Source of the DNA: the human T2T-CHM13v2.0 reference genome, Homo sapiens
NCBI RefSeq assembly: GCF_009914755.1
Contig: NC_060926.1
Strand: one strand, 5' to 3'
Length of the DNA stretch: 64,000 bases
Under the pieces are notes generated by a model. The model was not told the DNA's origin, ran no database searches, and was given only the letters and a program-made list of their open reading frames with translations. How positions within the stretch are numbered: the stretch's first letter is position 1; each line of letters begins with the position of its first letter. A program made the position numbers and the translations under genes. Of this stretch, positions 16,101 through 36,800 are shown one piece after another.

Positions 16101-18100
16101 TTATAAAGAACACATAAAAATAAACCCATTCTAATCTTAGCCATCTTAACCACACATAAAATTCCTTTTCCAAGATTCCCTTGCCACAAAACTTCTACAA
16201 CTTACTTATATTTATTTAGATTTTGTCTTACATTTCTTTCTCTTTCTCATTGTAGAACAGTCATTCTACTTTAGGCCAAAAATTACTCTATTTGTCCCTT
16301 AAGAAAACAGATGAACAAACAAAAACAAATCTCATACTTTATAGCTTTTCTTACCAAAAAAGTCTTACTTTCTTTGTATACAAAGTTGCTTCACTTATTA
16401 CTTGTTTTAATTAACCTATATTTATTAGAACTTTTAAACTTTAGTACCTTTAATTTTTAGCAAAAACTATAAAATAGCTGTCTATCATATTAGTATTCTG
16501 TAAACTGGCAAATCTATGACTGCATAATTTCATAATGTCGGAAGCATATGATTCCTCATAGTACAATTTTTCACCATGGCACAGGACAAGTTTTCTAACA
16601 GACTCAAATACCTTTAGTTCTTCTGTAATAAAAAGGCAAAAGTAGATCAGTTTAAACCTATGTTCAGTAATTAATATTTGGATATTTTATCTTATTTAAA
16701 AATCTATATATTCAATGAATATCCATAATTTAACTTAAATTAGCAAAATTCCAATGGTGGAGGCTAACAAGGAGATTGGAGAAGCTATTTTTAAATAGAT
16801 ATATATAAAACATAATTATGTTTGAAAGGTTTATGTATAAAATTTTGTTTCTTACATCTGTTTAATTCACTTGTTCTTAACAATTATAGTTGAAACCATG
16901 AAAATTTTATGAGATTTAGACAAAGAAAGTCACCGTCTCAAGTTATTTTCCTATTAACTATTTTTACAGTGTGTGCATGATACAGCATCATCAAGAAAGC
17001 AACCTTAATAAATTTAAATAGTTCTTTTTGTTTTGTTTTGCTGCTTTGCTTAATACACATGAAATAATGTATTCCACATTTTCACATTTCTTCTTAGGTT
17101 GAATTCATAGCTTTATCATCTTAACCACCTTGTTGAGATAACATAAATTTATTTGACTCGTAAACCCAGGTAGAAATAAAGTTGTGTGTCTGCATCATAT
17201 TTAATATTGGCAACTCTGAAGACGTATCTGTTTTAATTAAACCAACAAACTTAAACTGGTTTTTATTTGCCAAAGATTATCCCAGATCATGTGCACTTGA
17301 AAACCATTTGGGTTAGTTTCTATATTTCTGAGAGTTATGGAAATAATTTATATAAGCACTTATTTTTCTTTGTCAAGTAAAATAAGCCAAGTAAATAGGG
17401 CTCTTTTGCAAATTTAATTTTGGCAAACTCATTTAGAAGTAGAAAAAGCATCACACATGCATAACATACATATAGACATACATAAATATACAGGCAGAAA
17501 CAGATCTTATAGCTTTCATTCTAAAGTTTTAGCAATGTGCCAAGTACAGCAATACAAAATGCACTAGTTTATAAAAAAATATTTCTGGATCTGAATTGTG
17601 GTCTTGGCTGATGAAACAAGATTATTCTCCCACATGGCTAAAGATTTTTACTAATATTTGTGAAAAAGACTTTTAAGGTTATTCATTTGCCCAATTGTCA
17701 AATATCTTTTTTTCTGATGAGGCATGTCCCTGAAATTTGCATATTAAAGAGATAAGCCTAGGATTCTAGAGGAGAAATTATAGAAAATTTACATCTCAAA
17801 GACACAGAGTTTAGACACCAGGCCTAAATGCCAAAAAAGGATATCGACCCAAATAAAAAAAGGTGTGGGTAAAAGTCGAGTTAAGACTAGATGACCAAGA
17901 AAATTACCTTAAGGCAAGGTTTGCGGTGTAGTTTTGAGTCAATGCCTTCTTCATTCTCTAGTGTTTTACTCTTCCTTCTCTTGCTTTTACAGAGTGAAGT
18001 CACCCTTACACATGGAGATCTCCTTTATATGTAAATTTTTCTTACAAAGGGTCTCAAAATAACCAGCTCAGAATAATGTTATGGAAGCATATTTGGGGGG
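13130..18100 (-). mobile_element. MER4-group ERV1 internal sequence (non-coding); 5' LTR not seen
   Basis: Abuts the PPT and LTR. AT-rich sequence with MER4-int-like motifs (e.g. GATGACTATCAGGAGGATAATAC, GGTGAATTTCTCTCTTCTCAAG). Right boundary is approximate. Confidence 0.7.
14659..14955. repeat. Rearranged local duplicate of 15512-15823 (inverted part plus direct part)
   Basis: 14659-14827 is the reverse complement of 15655-15823 (about 14 mismatches by hand). 14828-14955 is a direct copy of 15512-15655 with a small deletion. Confidence 0.93.
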
Positions 18101-18481
18101 CTAATTCTGACAGATTGGTAACTTCCCAAACCAGCCATTGTTTTTCAACTCGATTACTGAGTTTAGGGAGGAGCTGATTGATGAATCGGGCTTACATTTT
18201 TTATGTCTGACAGTCACTATTTTTCTAGCCATTTTTGGTCCATCCCTGGAAAATTGAGTGGTTAGATCTTTGATATCTTTCCCATGAACCTTCCATTTGG
18301 TTTCAGCCATCTATTTATGGACTTCTCCAGGTCCCAATATTATATGAATAAACTGATAAGGATCAGAGCATCTTGGATTATATGCTGCAATGAAAATTCT
18401 AAATTCCTCAATAAATTTATGGGTTTTGTCTTTGGGATAGGAAGGACAGGGAAGTCTTTAACTATTTCTCTGAGCTCAGGT

Positions 18482-18781
18482 GTTTTGTTTTGTTAGAGAC
18501 GGGGCTTTCCTCTGTTGCCCAGGCTAGAGTGTAGTGGCATGAACAGCTCACTGCAAACTAGAACTCTTGGCCTCAAGTTATCTTCCCACTATAGCCTCCT
18601 GAGTAGCTGGGACTAAAGTTGTGCATGACCACGCCCAGACAATTTTTTTTTTAGTTTTTTTTGTAGAAATGAAGTCTCACTGTGTTGCCCAGGCTGGCCT
18701 TGAATGCCTGGCCTCAGGTAATCCTCCTCACTCAGCCTCCCAAAGTGCTGAGATTACAGACATGAGCCACAGTGCCTGGCC
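18482..18781 (-). mobile_element. AluJ
   Basis: Diverged dimeric Alu, with AGCTCAGG on both flanks. Confidence 0.93.
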
Positions 18782-19174
18782 AAGCTCAGGTTTTGACGAA
18801 GGTATAAAAATGTTTAAAGAAAGCCTGGTTGATATGAAGGCCTAAATTTATAAGGGATTTGTGTAGTGTTTTGTTGTTGTTGTTGATTTTATTTTTTTAC
18901 TTTTGCAGAGAAAAAACTAAGCATAAAGGTTGCATTCAGAGTAATTTGGGTAGAGAACTGAGCAGCTGAAGTTAAGTCGGTCAACGTACATTTTCTTTTT
19001 CTTTCATGATCAATTAAAGTTTTTATTTGCCTTTTATAAGGACTCTTTTGGAGAGGCTATTTCTAAATCTTTTAGTCTCTTGGAAGACTGCATGCCTATA
19101 AAAGACACGCTCCCTTATTTTTGAGGCACTTGGGATTCTGATTTTGAGGTTTCTTTTTCTAAAGTGCCCCATAA

Positions 19175-19487
<313 letters not shown>

Positions 19488-19789
19488 ATGAAGAATTTTA
19501 TGTAAGGTAAGCTTTCACAGTGCATCCACTATTATTCTAAATTTTCTTTGGTAAAGTTCACTCAAGTCTATTTTATCTGTTATGAACATAGCTACTCTAG
19601 GTTCTTTGTGATTAACACTCCCAGGTATAATTCTAACAATTCTGTGATTTTTAGATTTTCTCCTGGCAGTAGCAATTCCATTTTTTGAGCTAGAGGATGA
19701 TTTTGGGGAAACTAGGGATGGCTGGGGCAGGGTGAAAAGAGAAACAGGATAGGACAGGGAAAACAGTATGCTTAAAAGAGCTAAAAAGG

Positions 19790-20105
19790 AAGCAGATGTG
19801 GTAAGAGGGCAGACCCTTAGTCAGAATACCAGGGTTCAAGTCTTATCTTGACCACTTAGTAACAGGTGGCCTTGGGAAATTTATTTATCCTCTTTATGTC
19901 TCATTTTTCTCAGCAGTCAAATGGGTAATAGTAGTATTAGGGTAATATATTACTCTAATATTAGAATCATAATATTAGAGTAATATAGTAGTGGTTGTAA
20001 TCAATGTCTGTTGGTTTTCATGAGAATTAAAGTAGTTTATTTGTAAAGCAGCCTGAACTGTGCCAGGGACATAATAAGCGCTATGTGTTTGTTAAATAAA
20101 TAAAA
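19790..20105 (+). mobile_element. MIR remnant containing a palindromic insert
   Basis: GGGTTCAAGTCTTATCTTGACCACTTAGT..GGCCTTGGGAAATTTATTT..CTCATTTTTCTCA, and 3' end TGTAAAGCAGCCTGAACTGTGCCAGGGACATAATAAGCGCT. Confidence 0.75.
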
Positions 20106-20788
20106 ATAGGGAATAGAAACCATAAGGAAGGAATAAGATAACTTTAGCTAAGTTTTATTTCACCCATTTGAGATATCTCTTTCACAAATAAATTTAATCA
20201 GGTACACTTTTTGTGATTATTTATATATGTGGAATTCTTTCTATAAATTTTTTGTTTCCTATTGGTCACATTTTTTTCTGTAATGCTTTTCCCCCCCTTC
20301 TTTCTTTTCTTCTATTAGATTGAATATATATTCTCAATTCCTTTAGGCCCCCTTTTTAACCTACTGATTTAGAAGTTATTCACTTCAATTTGAATATTTT
20401 AGAGGATATTTTAGGACAAAACTCCTTATGATTTACTTGCATTTCTATATGTCTTGCAAGCAAAGGCATTGCTTGCCTTTTCCCTATCTTTTTAAGGATG
20501 TTTGCACAGCAAACGGGCACTGAAGACAGAATGACCACCTCTGGAACAAGGGGCAGGTTTGTTTCATGTCCACTATAATAAAAGTCATGTCTCTTTCAGA
20601 CAAATGTTCTGTCCACTCTGAAAGATCAGATTCCTTAAGTTCAAAGTTCCTCAGGCATGACAAAAACCCTCTGAATATACAGCACGTCCCTGCACCCCTC
20701 CACACTGCCATCATGAAATACAGGATGAAGATGAGCTCTCATAAACATAAAGCTCATGCTTCTTGCTGTGCCATGATATTTTTTAAAA

Positions 20789-20928
20789 GACTGGGCATAG
20801 CAGCTCACCGTAATCCCAGCACTTAGGAAGGCCAAGGCAGTAGGATCAGTTGAGCCTAGGAATTCAAGGTTACAGTGACCTAGGATCATGCCACTGCACT
20901 CCAGCATGGAGCAACAGAGCAAGATCCT

Positions 20929-20930
<2 letters not shown>
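20789..20930 (+). mobile_element. Fossil Alu monomer (FLAM/FAM-like)
   Basis: Single arm: TAATCCCAGCACTTAGGAAGGCC...CCACTGCACTCCAGC. Confidence 0.85.
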
Positions 20931-20960
<30 letters not shown>

Positions 20961-21117
20961 AAGCGAGGGGAGGGGAGGGAAGGGGAGGGGAGGGAAGGGA
21001 AGGGGAGGGGAGGGGAGGGGAAGGGGAGGGGAAGGGGAGGGGAAGGGGAGGGGAAGGGGAGGGGAAGGGGAGGGGAAGGGGAGGGGAAGGGGAAGGGAGG
21101 AAAGGGAAGAAGGAAAA
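20929..21117. repeat. (GA)n followed by (GGGGA/GGGGAA)n polypurine tract
   Basis: About 190 nt of almost pure purine on the + strand, with an 11-mer GGGGAAGGGGA periodicity. Confidence 0.97.
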
Positions 21118-21145
21118 TGCTTTTCTTCACAACCAGGAGTCTCAT

Positions 21146-21718
21146 TGTTACAGTCTCACCAATGTACCCCAATGTAGCAGTCTCCCATTATTTGAGATAT
21201 CACCGGGAGTTCTTTGTCTAACAAAAATTAAGGAGCATGGACACCAAGGGTGAGGTTGGAGTGAAAGTTTAATAAGCGAAAGAAGAAAGCTCTACATGGT
21301 GGAGAGGGGACCCAAAAGAAGGTTGCCATTTTTTACAGTTGAATCCAAAAGCATTTATAGGAAACAAGTGAGGGCTGGGCATCTCATTTGCATAATGCAT
21401 GAATTTCTGGTAGCTCCACCCCATCCTCCTAATGCACATGTGGACCCTTAGCTTGAGTTACTTCATATTGCTTTGCTCCCCTTACTGCACATGTATCAGG
21501 GGATGAAATTTTCCATTGTGGGCATGTCTGGGCAAGTCACCTGTTTAGCCTTTATTTTCTGTGTGGCTGTGAGCATGTCTTAGGCAAGCCCCCCTGTGCA
21601 AGGTCCCTTATCTATGCCTGTAGCTTGATTTTTCAGGCTGTTCTTTTGTTTGAAAGAATTCAACTGAGAATCCACCTTAACTGCCTGCCTGACTGATTTC
21701 TTTCTTTCTCCTCTCTCA
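21146..21718 (-). mobile_element. ERV1 solo LTR (MER4 group; LTR29/MER61-like, subfamily uncertain)
   Basis: TG...CA termini and perfect 4-bp TSD TCAT (21142-21145, 21719-21722). Minus-strand start TGAGAGAGGAGAAAGAAAGAAATCAGTCAGGCAGGCAGTTAAGG. Confidence 0.85.
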
Positions 21719-21752
21719 TCATCTCGGATAGTATCCACAAAACAGAATCAGA

Positions 21753-21973
21753 CAGGTCAGGATTAGAGCAGAGCAAATGAGATGAGATCATGCAAGTGTA
21801 GCTTCAGATGGCATCTTTGAAATATTGATATTTTGTTCATCATGGAGATTTTGCATGAATTTTTTATTTTTAAAATATTGCTTTAAAACATTACTTATTC
21901 AATTTTTTGGCATGCTTTAAAAATTTTGTGTCCCAAGTGAGTGCCACATTCCTTCATTCTAGTTCTAGCCCTG
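21753..21973 (-). mobile_element. hAT-Tip100 MITE, MER96B-like
   Basis: Ends CTAGTTCTAGCCCTG, with internal TTTTGTTCATCATGGAGATTTTGCATGAATTTT. Confidence 0.65.
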
Positions 21974-21974
21974 C

Positions 21975-23687
21975 TTCTCAGTCTAGAAACACCCAGAGCA
22001 ATTAGAAAAAAGGTGGCGGGGGGCGGGGGGGCAGGCGGGGGCTGTCAGCAATAAGGATAAAGGGGCTTCGGTGAATAGAAAACATCAGAAAATAGTACAA
22101 TTCTAGCTGTTGAGCAGCTGGCCACTCAATATCAAAGGCAAATGTGACTTATATGCTGGTGTGGAGCTGATTTCTACCTCCATACCCTCTGATACTTTGC
22201 AGCACTTCCACTCTTGACCTTGGCTGTTTTAAGGGGACAAATCATCAGTAGTATTACTAAGGTCTTCTGCCTCCAAAGAAGACCAAAGGTCATACACACA
22301 TATAAGAGTATATTGGGAAGCTATAAGGAAGAAAAGGGATTCAAATCTTTATAGCTCAGTTGGATATAAGTTCCCATCTTATATTTGGTCAATATCTTAT
22401 CTAGTCTGTAGGGTAGCAGATACCAATAATCAGCTAATGGGGCTTGGGAAGAGTTCACAGTAAGGAAGAGAAGCTAATGTAAACTTGTGGATGAGATCTT
22501 TGTGTCTTCAACCACTAAATATATAAATGCTATTGATATTTTACATGTCTGAACTGTACATGCTCATTAAGTGGCAGAAGGGACTATCCAGATTGCAAGG
22601 GCCACGTGTAGGTTAGAGCTAGTACCTTTGGAACACCTCAACCATAATAAACTCTTTGAACCACAAATCTCTACCACTGATAATTTTGTCAGTTAAAACA
22701 CCTGGAGAAGAGGGAGAGTCTAGATCCAGAGGCAACAATTTGGTTTTGAATTCATTATCCCTCTGATATAACTCAGCTATTAGTTTGCTACTAGGCTCTT
22801 GTAGAAACTGAATGTTTCATCCATGGAGGTTTTGTGATTCTCTAGCCTGATTTCCTTTTTTCGGGATATTCAACTTTAACTCAACAACTAACAAGATAGG
22901 AAGGGCTCAAATAGTCTAGCTTGTCAAATGGAAATTATATATTTAAGAACAGAACCTGCCAGGCATGGTGGCTCAAGCCTGTAATCCCAGTACTTTGGGA
23001 GGCCAAGGCGGGTGGATTACAAGTTCAGGAGATCAAGACCATCCTGGGCCAATATGGTGAAACCCTGTCTCTACTAAAAATACAAAAATTAGCTGGGCGT
23101 GGTGGCAGATGCCTGTTGTCCCAGCTACTCAGAAGGCTGAGGCAGGATAATTGCTTGAACCGGGAGGTAGAGGTTGCAGTGAGTCGAGATCGCACCACTG
23201 CACTCCAGTCTGGGGGACAGAGTGAGACTCCATCTCCAGAAAAAAAAAAAAAAAAAAAAAGAACAGAACCAGCCTGGGTGCCAACATCATCTTGGCTTTA
23301 CATGAAAAAGTGGCAGCTATCCTTTGGAAGAAGTTTTATGCTCTACTCTCTATTCTACCTGAAACAAAGTTGCTGATTCAATAGTACCCTTCATTTGATG
23401 AGGTTCTCCTAAATGCTAATTACTAATTTGCATTGGTGAGTTACTTAAGTTGAAACCCTATGATGTCAACTGAGCAACTGCAGCCATTCAACCTCTTCAT
23501 CACCAGCTATACAGAATAGAAAGCAGGTATGATTGCTCTCAGTGGTCAGAACCCAAGACTGCTCTCATATCACTGTTCGCTTGATGAAAAAGTCACATTT
23601 TTACCGACTCTTGGGATGTTGCCAATGCCTTAGCTTTTTGGTCAGCCACTTGGGAAATAATAAACTGGGAGATTAAAGAAACTCCTT
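21975..23687 (+). pseudogene. ERVL internal region (HERVL40-like): decayed pro and pol connection/RNase H
   Basis: 22774-22812 QLLVCY*ALVETE, LVKWKLYI before the Alu, LHEKVAA after it, and 23603-23653 TDSWDVANALAFWSATW. These match ERV-L Pol motifs QLLACYWALVETE, IIKWKWYI, LHEEVAQ and TDSWAVANGLAGWSGTW. Confidence 0.85.
22957..23260 (+). mobile_element. Alu (AluS-type) inserted in ERVL pol
   Basis: Full Alu with TSD AAGAACAGAACC (22945-22956, 23259-23270). Confidence 0.96.
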
Positions 23688-31581
<7,894 letters not shown>

Positions 31582-31584
31582 ACT

Positions 31585-33076
31585 GAGGCCACCAACTGTG
31601 TAAACAAATTACATTTGCTATCAGCCTCTCTGGGTCACTTGTATAGATGCTCGTTCTCTAAAAAGACAAACCAGAATCAAACTGTTGATTGATTCTGCTT
31701 CACCTAGATTGCTACCTTTCTGCCAGAATCCATTACGGTATCAGACATGGCAGCACACTAACTATCATAGGGTACACATTAAAAAAGATTAGAGACGCTA
31801 TCATTGCATGCGAAATTTGTCACTCCTACTAAAAGTTGAGATTTTGTATTATAATGAGGGAAGTCATATTGCATGTTTACCCTTCATGAAGTTTTGCCCC
31901 TGCCTGCTTCTGATAGACTAACTACATCAGATTTTTAACACTTTCTCAGGGTTACTGTTGTTTTACCATTGTTGACATTTTGTTAGGTTATGATGTTGCT
32001 GTTCCAGTCCCATCAGTTGATTCTGGCTAAATTTGAAACTAAATTTGGTCACACATTCTGCTGCTTTCTAGATCATTTCTAAACAAATATACAAGTTAGA
32101 TTATCACTCAGTACCCCTACCTGGTCCCCCTCCTCACCAAGAAAAAGCGTTAGTCATAGTCACTGAAAAGAAACTGTGAACCCATAAGTTCTACTAACTG
32201 GCTGGGAAGCCATATTGGAGTCAATATCATCGTGTGCCCCCTTACAGAGCGAAAACATGTAGCTTATACATGGTGGGGTTTCAAACATTATAACACCATG
32301 TGCAAACCTAGAACAGTATTACTCTAGGCGAGCCAGGCTTCAAGTTGATTATATCCAAAAAGAAAAAAAAAAAGTCATTTGCATTGTAGAAGAGGTCATA
32401 AGAGATTTTCAAGTGTTTAAGAAAACATGCCTAGTATATCTTGTGATCTTCAAATGACTGTAGAGATGTTTCCAGAATGAGGCTACCCTTCCAGAAAAGA
32501 TTTCCATAGGAATAACTAACTCATTATTGGTGTACACTCTGAGGACAACTATTCTTATAATGGAAGTCATCCAACTTAAAAAGGTGGTGCAGAATTTGTC
32601 ACTGACATTAAGGAACCAAGTGCACAACCTTGGCTTTGGAAGTATTTCAGGTGAGACTCAATATATTGGCCAAGGTTGTTATGCACTAGAATAGCACTGG
32701 AACTCTTCTTTATGGGCTAAGTTCTAGTCTATGCAATCAGTAATATATCTGCTGGACGAATGCCTTCAGTTAAGTGAAAAAGTCAATACAGAAACTGAAG
32801 AAGAAAGCCATCTAGCTTTCTATTGTAGACCTGGATAGTTTAAGAGCTTTGTCCAGCTTTCTGTGGGCATGGTCAAGGTCAATGTTGCAAATAGGACTCA
32901 TCCTATAGCTTGATAGTAAGTAGAATAAATAGTACATGATAGTAAGTAGAATTAAATGCTACATGAGTCAAAATGAGTGAATTTTGTTCCAGACTCTGTA
33001 GGATTAATCAGAGCAGCCAATGTTGTTATGTATTCAAGATAAAATATTTCCATGTGTAGGCACAAGGAGTTTATAT
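31585..33076 (+). pseudogene. ERVL internal region continued: decayed integrase
   Basis: From 31962 reads FTIVDILLGYDVAVPVPSVDSG (compare ERV-L IN core LTGxDTYSGYGFAxP), preceded by a degenerate WQxDYI-like motif at about 31910-31930. Confidence 0.7.
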
Positions 33077-33634
33077 TGTTGAAGGACAATTCTCTTGCAG
33101 TAAGTACCTGGCATTTCTGCACATATTTTAAGCAGAGGTGCTATCTGTCTTTATTCTAGACTATCTTTGCAAGGATGTTAATAGAGCAAGTAAGCTCTGA
33201 AGACAGAGATAGTGTCTTCCTCTGGAACAGAGGACCAATTTCCTTAAAAAATTGAGATAGAGATATTGTGTTTTCCTTCTGAGCAATGGACAGACATATT
33301 CACACTCGAGGCTCCAAAGCAAAGGTCAGGTAAGTTTACAGCATATTATAAAATAATCAGGTCCCCTGAGCTTAGGACGTTTCTTCTATAATGTAATTTA
33401 CTATGTTTGCAGGTGTCACCTGGCATTATTCATGCTTCCCTGTGAAAATCGAGTCTCAGGAAACCAGGAAAGTTATTGCTGGTACAATGGCTACTATTAT
33501 TGCTGTCAGTAAATAATAGGCCCCTATCTCTGACTTGGAGTCTCATGTCTTCTGCCAGAATCTATGAAATTACAGCAAGCTAATTTGTTAGCTTGCAAAT
33601 GGGGTAACATTTTAGACCTTTTTTAGTCTTAAGA
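33077..33634 (+). mobile_element. ERVL LTR40-like 3' LTR
   Basis: TGTTGAAGGACAATTCTC..GCATTTCTGCACAT..GAAGACAGAGATAGTGTCTTCCTCTGGAACA..GGAGTCTCATGTCTTCTGCCAG..GCTAATTTGTTAGCTTGCAA. Confidence 0.85.
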
Positions 33635-33829
33635 AGGCAGAAAAATGAAGAAGAAAAAAATAGAGAAACAAAACAGAGGAAATAAATAGAAACAAATAAT
33701 AAATGCTAGACCTAATACCAGCAATATTTAAAGTTGTATTAAATGCTAATGTACAAAATACTCCACTTAAAAGGCAGCAATACCAGGATCAATAAAAAAT
33801 AGACCAAGTGACACCCTGTTTACAAGAAT

Positions 33830-36800
33830 ATTTCTTATTTTTTATGCCTCATTCCCTTTCATAACAATTTTAAGATTTTGCCAAATTCTGTAAACACAAA
33901 CTTTATTACGATTTAATCATCTCATTGCTTTATAGATGGTGCTATTTTCATGCTAGTGAATCTTCCCAACCATAATTGCTAATCTCTCCATTTATTTTTT
34001 ATCATTTTCATATATTTAAATACAACACTACAATTTACAAATATCTTACACTTTTTGTCAGGGATATTATTTGGTGTTATATAATTTTGGCTAACTACGT
34101 AAATCATTATTTTTGTAAAAAGATTTATCCTAATCATTTTTCTGATATCTAGAAATGCTGCTTTCTCATATATATGAATGTTTTTCAGCAGTTTTGCACA
34201 TTTTCTATTTAGGCAGTTTCTTCTTTTTCAATTCTCATACATTCTGTTATTTTTTTCTTCTCTTACTCAGATAGCTATTAACTCTCCAATATATTAACTA
34301 CATAACTATGATTTTAAGCATTTTTATTCTTCATTGTATCATAATTGCTTCATTTTAGTCAAAGAAAATATATTATAGATTTTTGGTATACAGCTTTATT
34401 CCTGTATACCAAAATTTTCTGCTTATTCCTGAAATATTAAGATTTTTTTGAAAAAATGCATAAATATTGAATTGCATCGTTTATTTCTAGAATAATGTAT
34501 ATTTTCTCCATTAATTTTTAATTGTGTGTAATTTTCAGAGATATTTCTTATGTTAAAATATTTTCTGAGAAAAAAGTAAACTTTGTCATAGTATATTTTT
34601 ACATCATTGTTGGATTTGGTTTTCTAGTATTTTATTATTTTTGTCTTTATATTCAGAAATCATTATAGCCTATAACTTTATTTACTATAATAATATTAAG
34701 ACTATAGCCTCGTAATTTTGAAAAAATTTTGAAAAAAAGGAAATTCTTTTTTTCTCTTGTCATGAAAGTTGACATAGAAAAAAAACTATTTCCTGCAGTC
34801 TTAATGATATTTAACTTTTAAATTATCTAGACCTGGTGTTTTAATGTGTGCCTGAGAGTGGTGGATTGTAGATTACAATCTAATAATTTTTATTCTTTAA
34901 CTGATAAATATATATTCACACTTTCAGTTTCTTCAGAGTAATGTTTTACTAAATTATACTTTTTCTTGAAAATTTTTCTTTGGTCTAAATTTTCAAGTTT
35001 AAAAAAAATTTTAAAAAATTTGGCCTAAATATTTAGATATTTCAAATACTATAATATTATGTGTGATATTTTATTCTGATTACAAAAAATGCTATAATTA
35101 TGTCTTCCATTTAATTCCTTCTATATTTATTTTTGCTTTCTCTCTTTTTTCAAGATCCATTTTGGGAGATGTATTTCTGTTTTATTGGCTTTTTCAAACA
35201 AATTTCAGTATGCCATATCTTTCATTGTTATATGATAAAAATTATATATTTATGTTTTTAATTTTTATTATTTCCTGATAGACTTATTTGGGTTTACAAT
35301 ATCTTTGTGTTTGTTTAATAAACCTTTACAAAGATTTCAGAGTTTAGTTTTAAAATGTTTGAAAAGTTTTAAATATAGTACAGAAAATATAACACTCTAT
35401 TCCCCTATTGTTAATATATTACATTACAGTGGTACATTTGTCACAACTAAAGAATTAATTTTGCTGCATTATAATAAGCTAAAATTCATACTTTATCTAG
35501 ATGTCCTTAGTTTTTACCTAATGTTCTTTTGTTGTTGTTGTCTGCAACATTCAGGATATCCCATTCAGGATATCAGGTTGCATTTAGTCATCATGTCTTA
35601 GGCTCCTCTGTTCTGTGACCACTACTCAGTTTTTGTGTGTCTTAGTTTGATTTAGCTGCTATAAGAAAATGCCATAAACCAGGCAGCTTAAACAACAGAC
35701 ATTTATTTTCCACAGTTCTGAAGGCTGGGAAGTCCAAGATCAAGCCAAGCCAATTTGGTTTCCGGTGAGATCCTTTTTCCTAGCTTGCAGATAATCATCT
35801 TCTTGCTGTGTTCATCACATGACACAGAAAGAAAGAAGTTCTCTGGTCTTTTTATATAAATAATTAATCTAATCCCATAAAGGCCCTTTCCTCTTGACCT
35901 TATCTAAACCTAATTACCTCCCAAAGGCTTCATCTCCAAATACCATCACATTGGGATTAGGGCTCCATTGAATGAATTTTGGGGAACAACAGTCTGTCTG
36001 TAGCTCCTTGACTTTATGGTGCTGGCATTTTTTGAGTACTTATGAGGTATTCACCAAATATGAATATATTTGAGGTATCAAATAAAGGAAGAATGTTACT
36101 ATACTTGAGCTTATCCCACATTTTTTTCATGGTTAGCCTAGGGTGTCACTCTCATTATGTCATATTAGGGATATATAATATCAATATGACTTATTACTGA
36201 TGACATTAATCTCGATGACCTGACTGAGGTAGTGTTTGTCAGGTTTCTCCACTGAAAAGTTCTCCTTTATTCTTCCTGTTCATATTGTATTGAATAGATG
36301 AAAGTCACTGTGTGCATCCCATATTCAAGGGTTGGAAAATCATGCTCCACTTTCCTAAAGGAGAAGTATCAACAAAGCTATATGGACTCTTTCAATATGG
36401 GAAACTAATTCATTATTCCCCCATTAATTTATTTACTCAATCGTTTATTTATATCTGTAAGCACACATGGATCTTTGTTTTATATTTTAGGCTGTAATTT
36501 AATAATACTTTATCTATTTTGTGTTTAAATTGTTACAACTTTGACTATTGAGAGCTTTTTCAGTTGGGTCATGTGTCTCTTTAACATGTACTTACTATTT
36601 TGGTTTTCTTTCTTTTTTATCTTTTTTTTTTACTTTTAATTTCTGTGGGTATATAGTATGTGTATAAATTTATGGAGTACAAGAGATATTTTGGTTTTAA
36701 GGACGTTCTTATTTCCTGTCATTACAAGATGCTACAGGCTCATATTGTACATTCCCTGTCCCAGCCCCCAATTCAGCCATTTTCCGAGGTATTCTGGCTT

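Larger units (their letters stand above)
20407..21750 (+). mobile_element. ERVL LTR40-like 5' LTR, interrupted by a FLAM, a purine tract and an ERV1 LTR
   Basis: GCATTTCTATATGTCTTGCAAGCAAAGGCATTG..CTATCTTTTAAGGATGTTTG, homologous to 33077-33634. CCAGGAGTCTCAT resumes at about 21133. Confidence 0.75.

Noticed and set aside
20870-21253. Gly/Glu/Arg-rich and Pro-rich ORFs
   Set aside because: Translation of the (GA)n/(GGGGA)n simple repeat.
22921-23376. 151-aa ORF and the other Alu-like peptides (e.g. 2045, 19175, 42073, 46979, 50398, 62903)
   Set aside because: Alu read-through translations.
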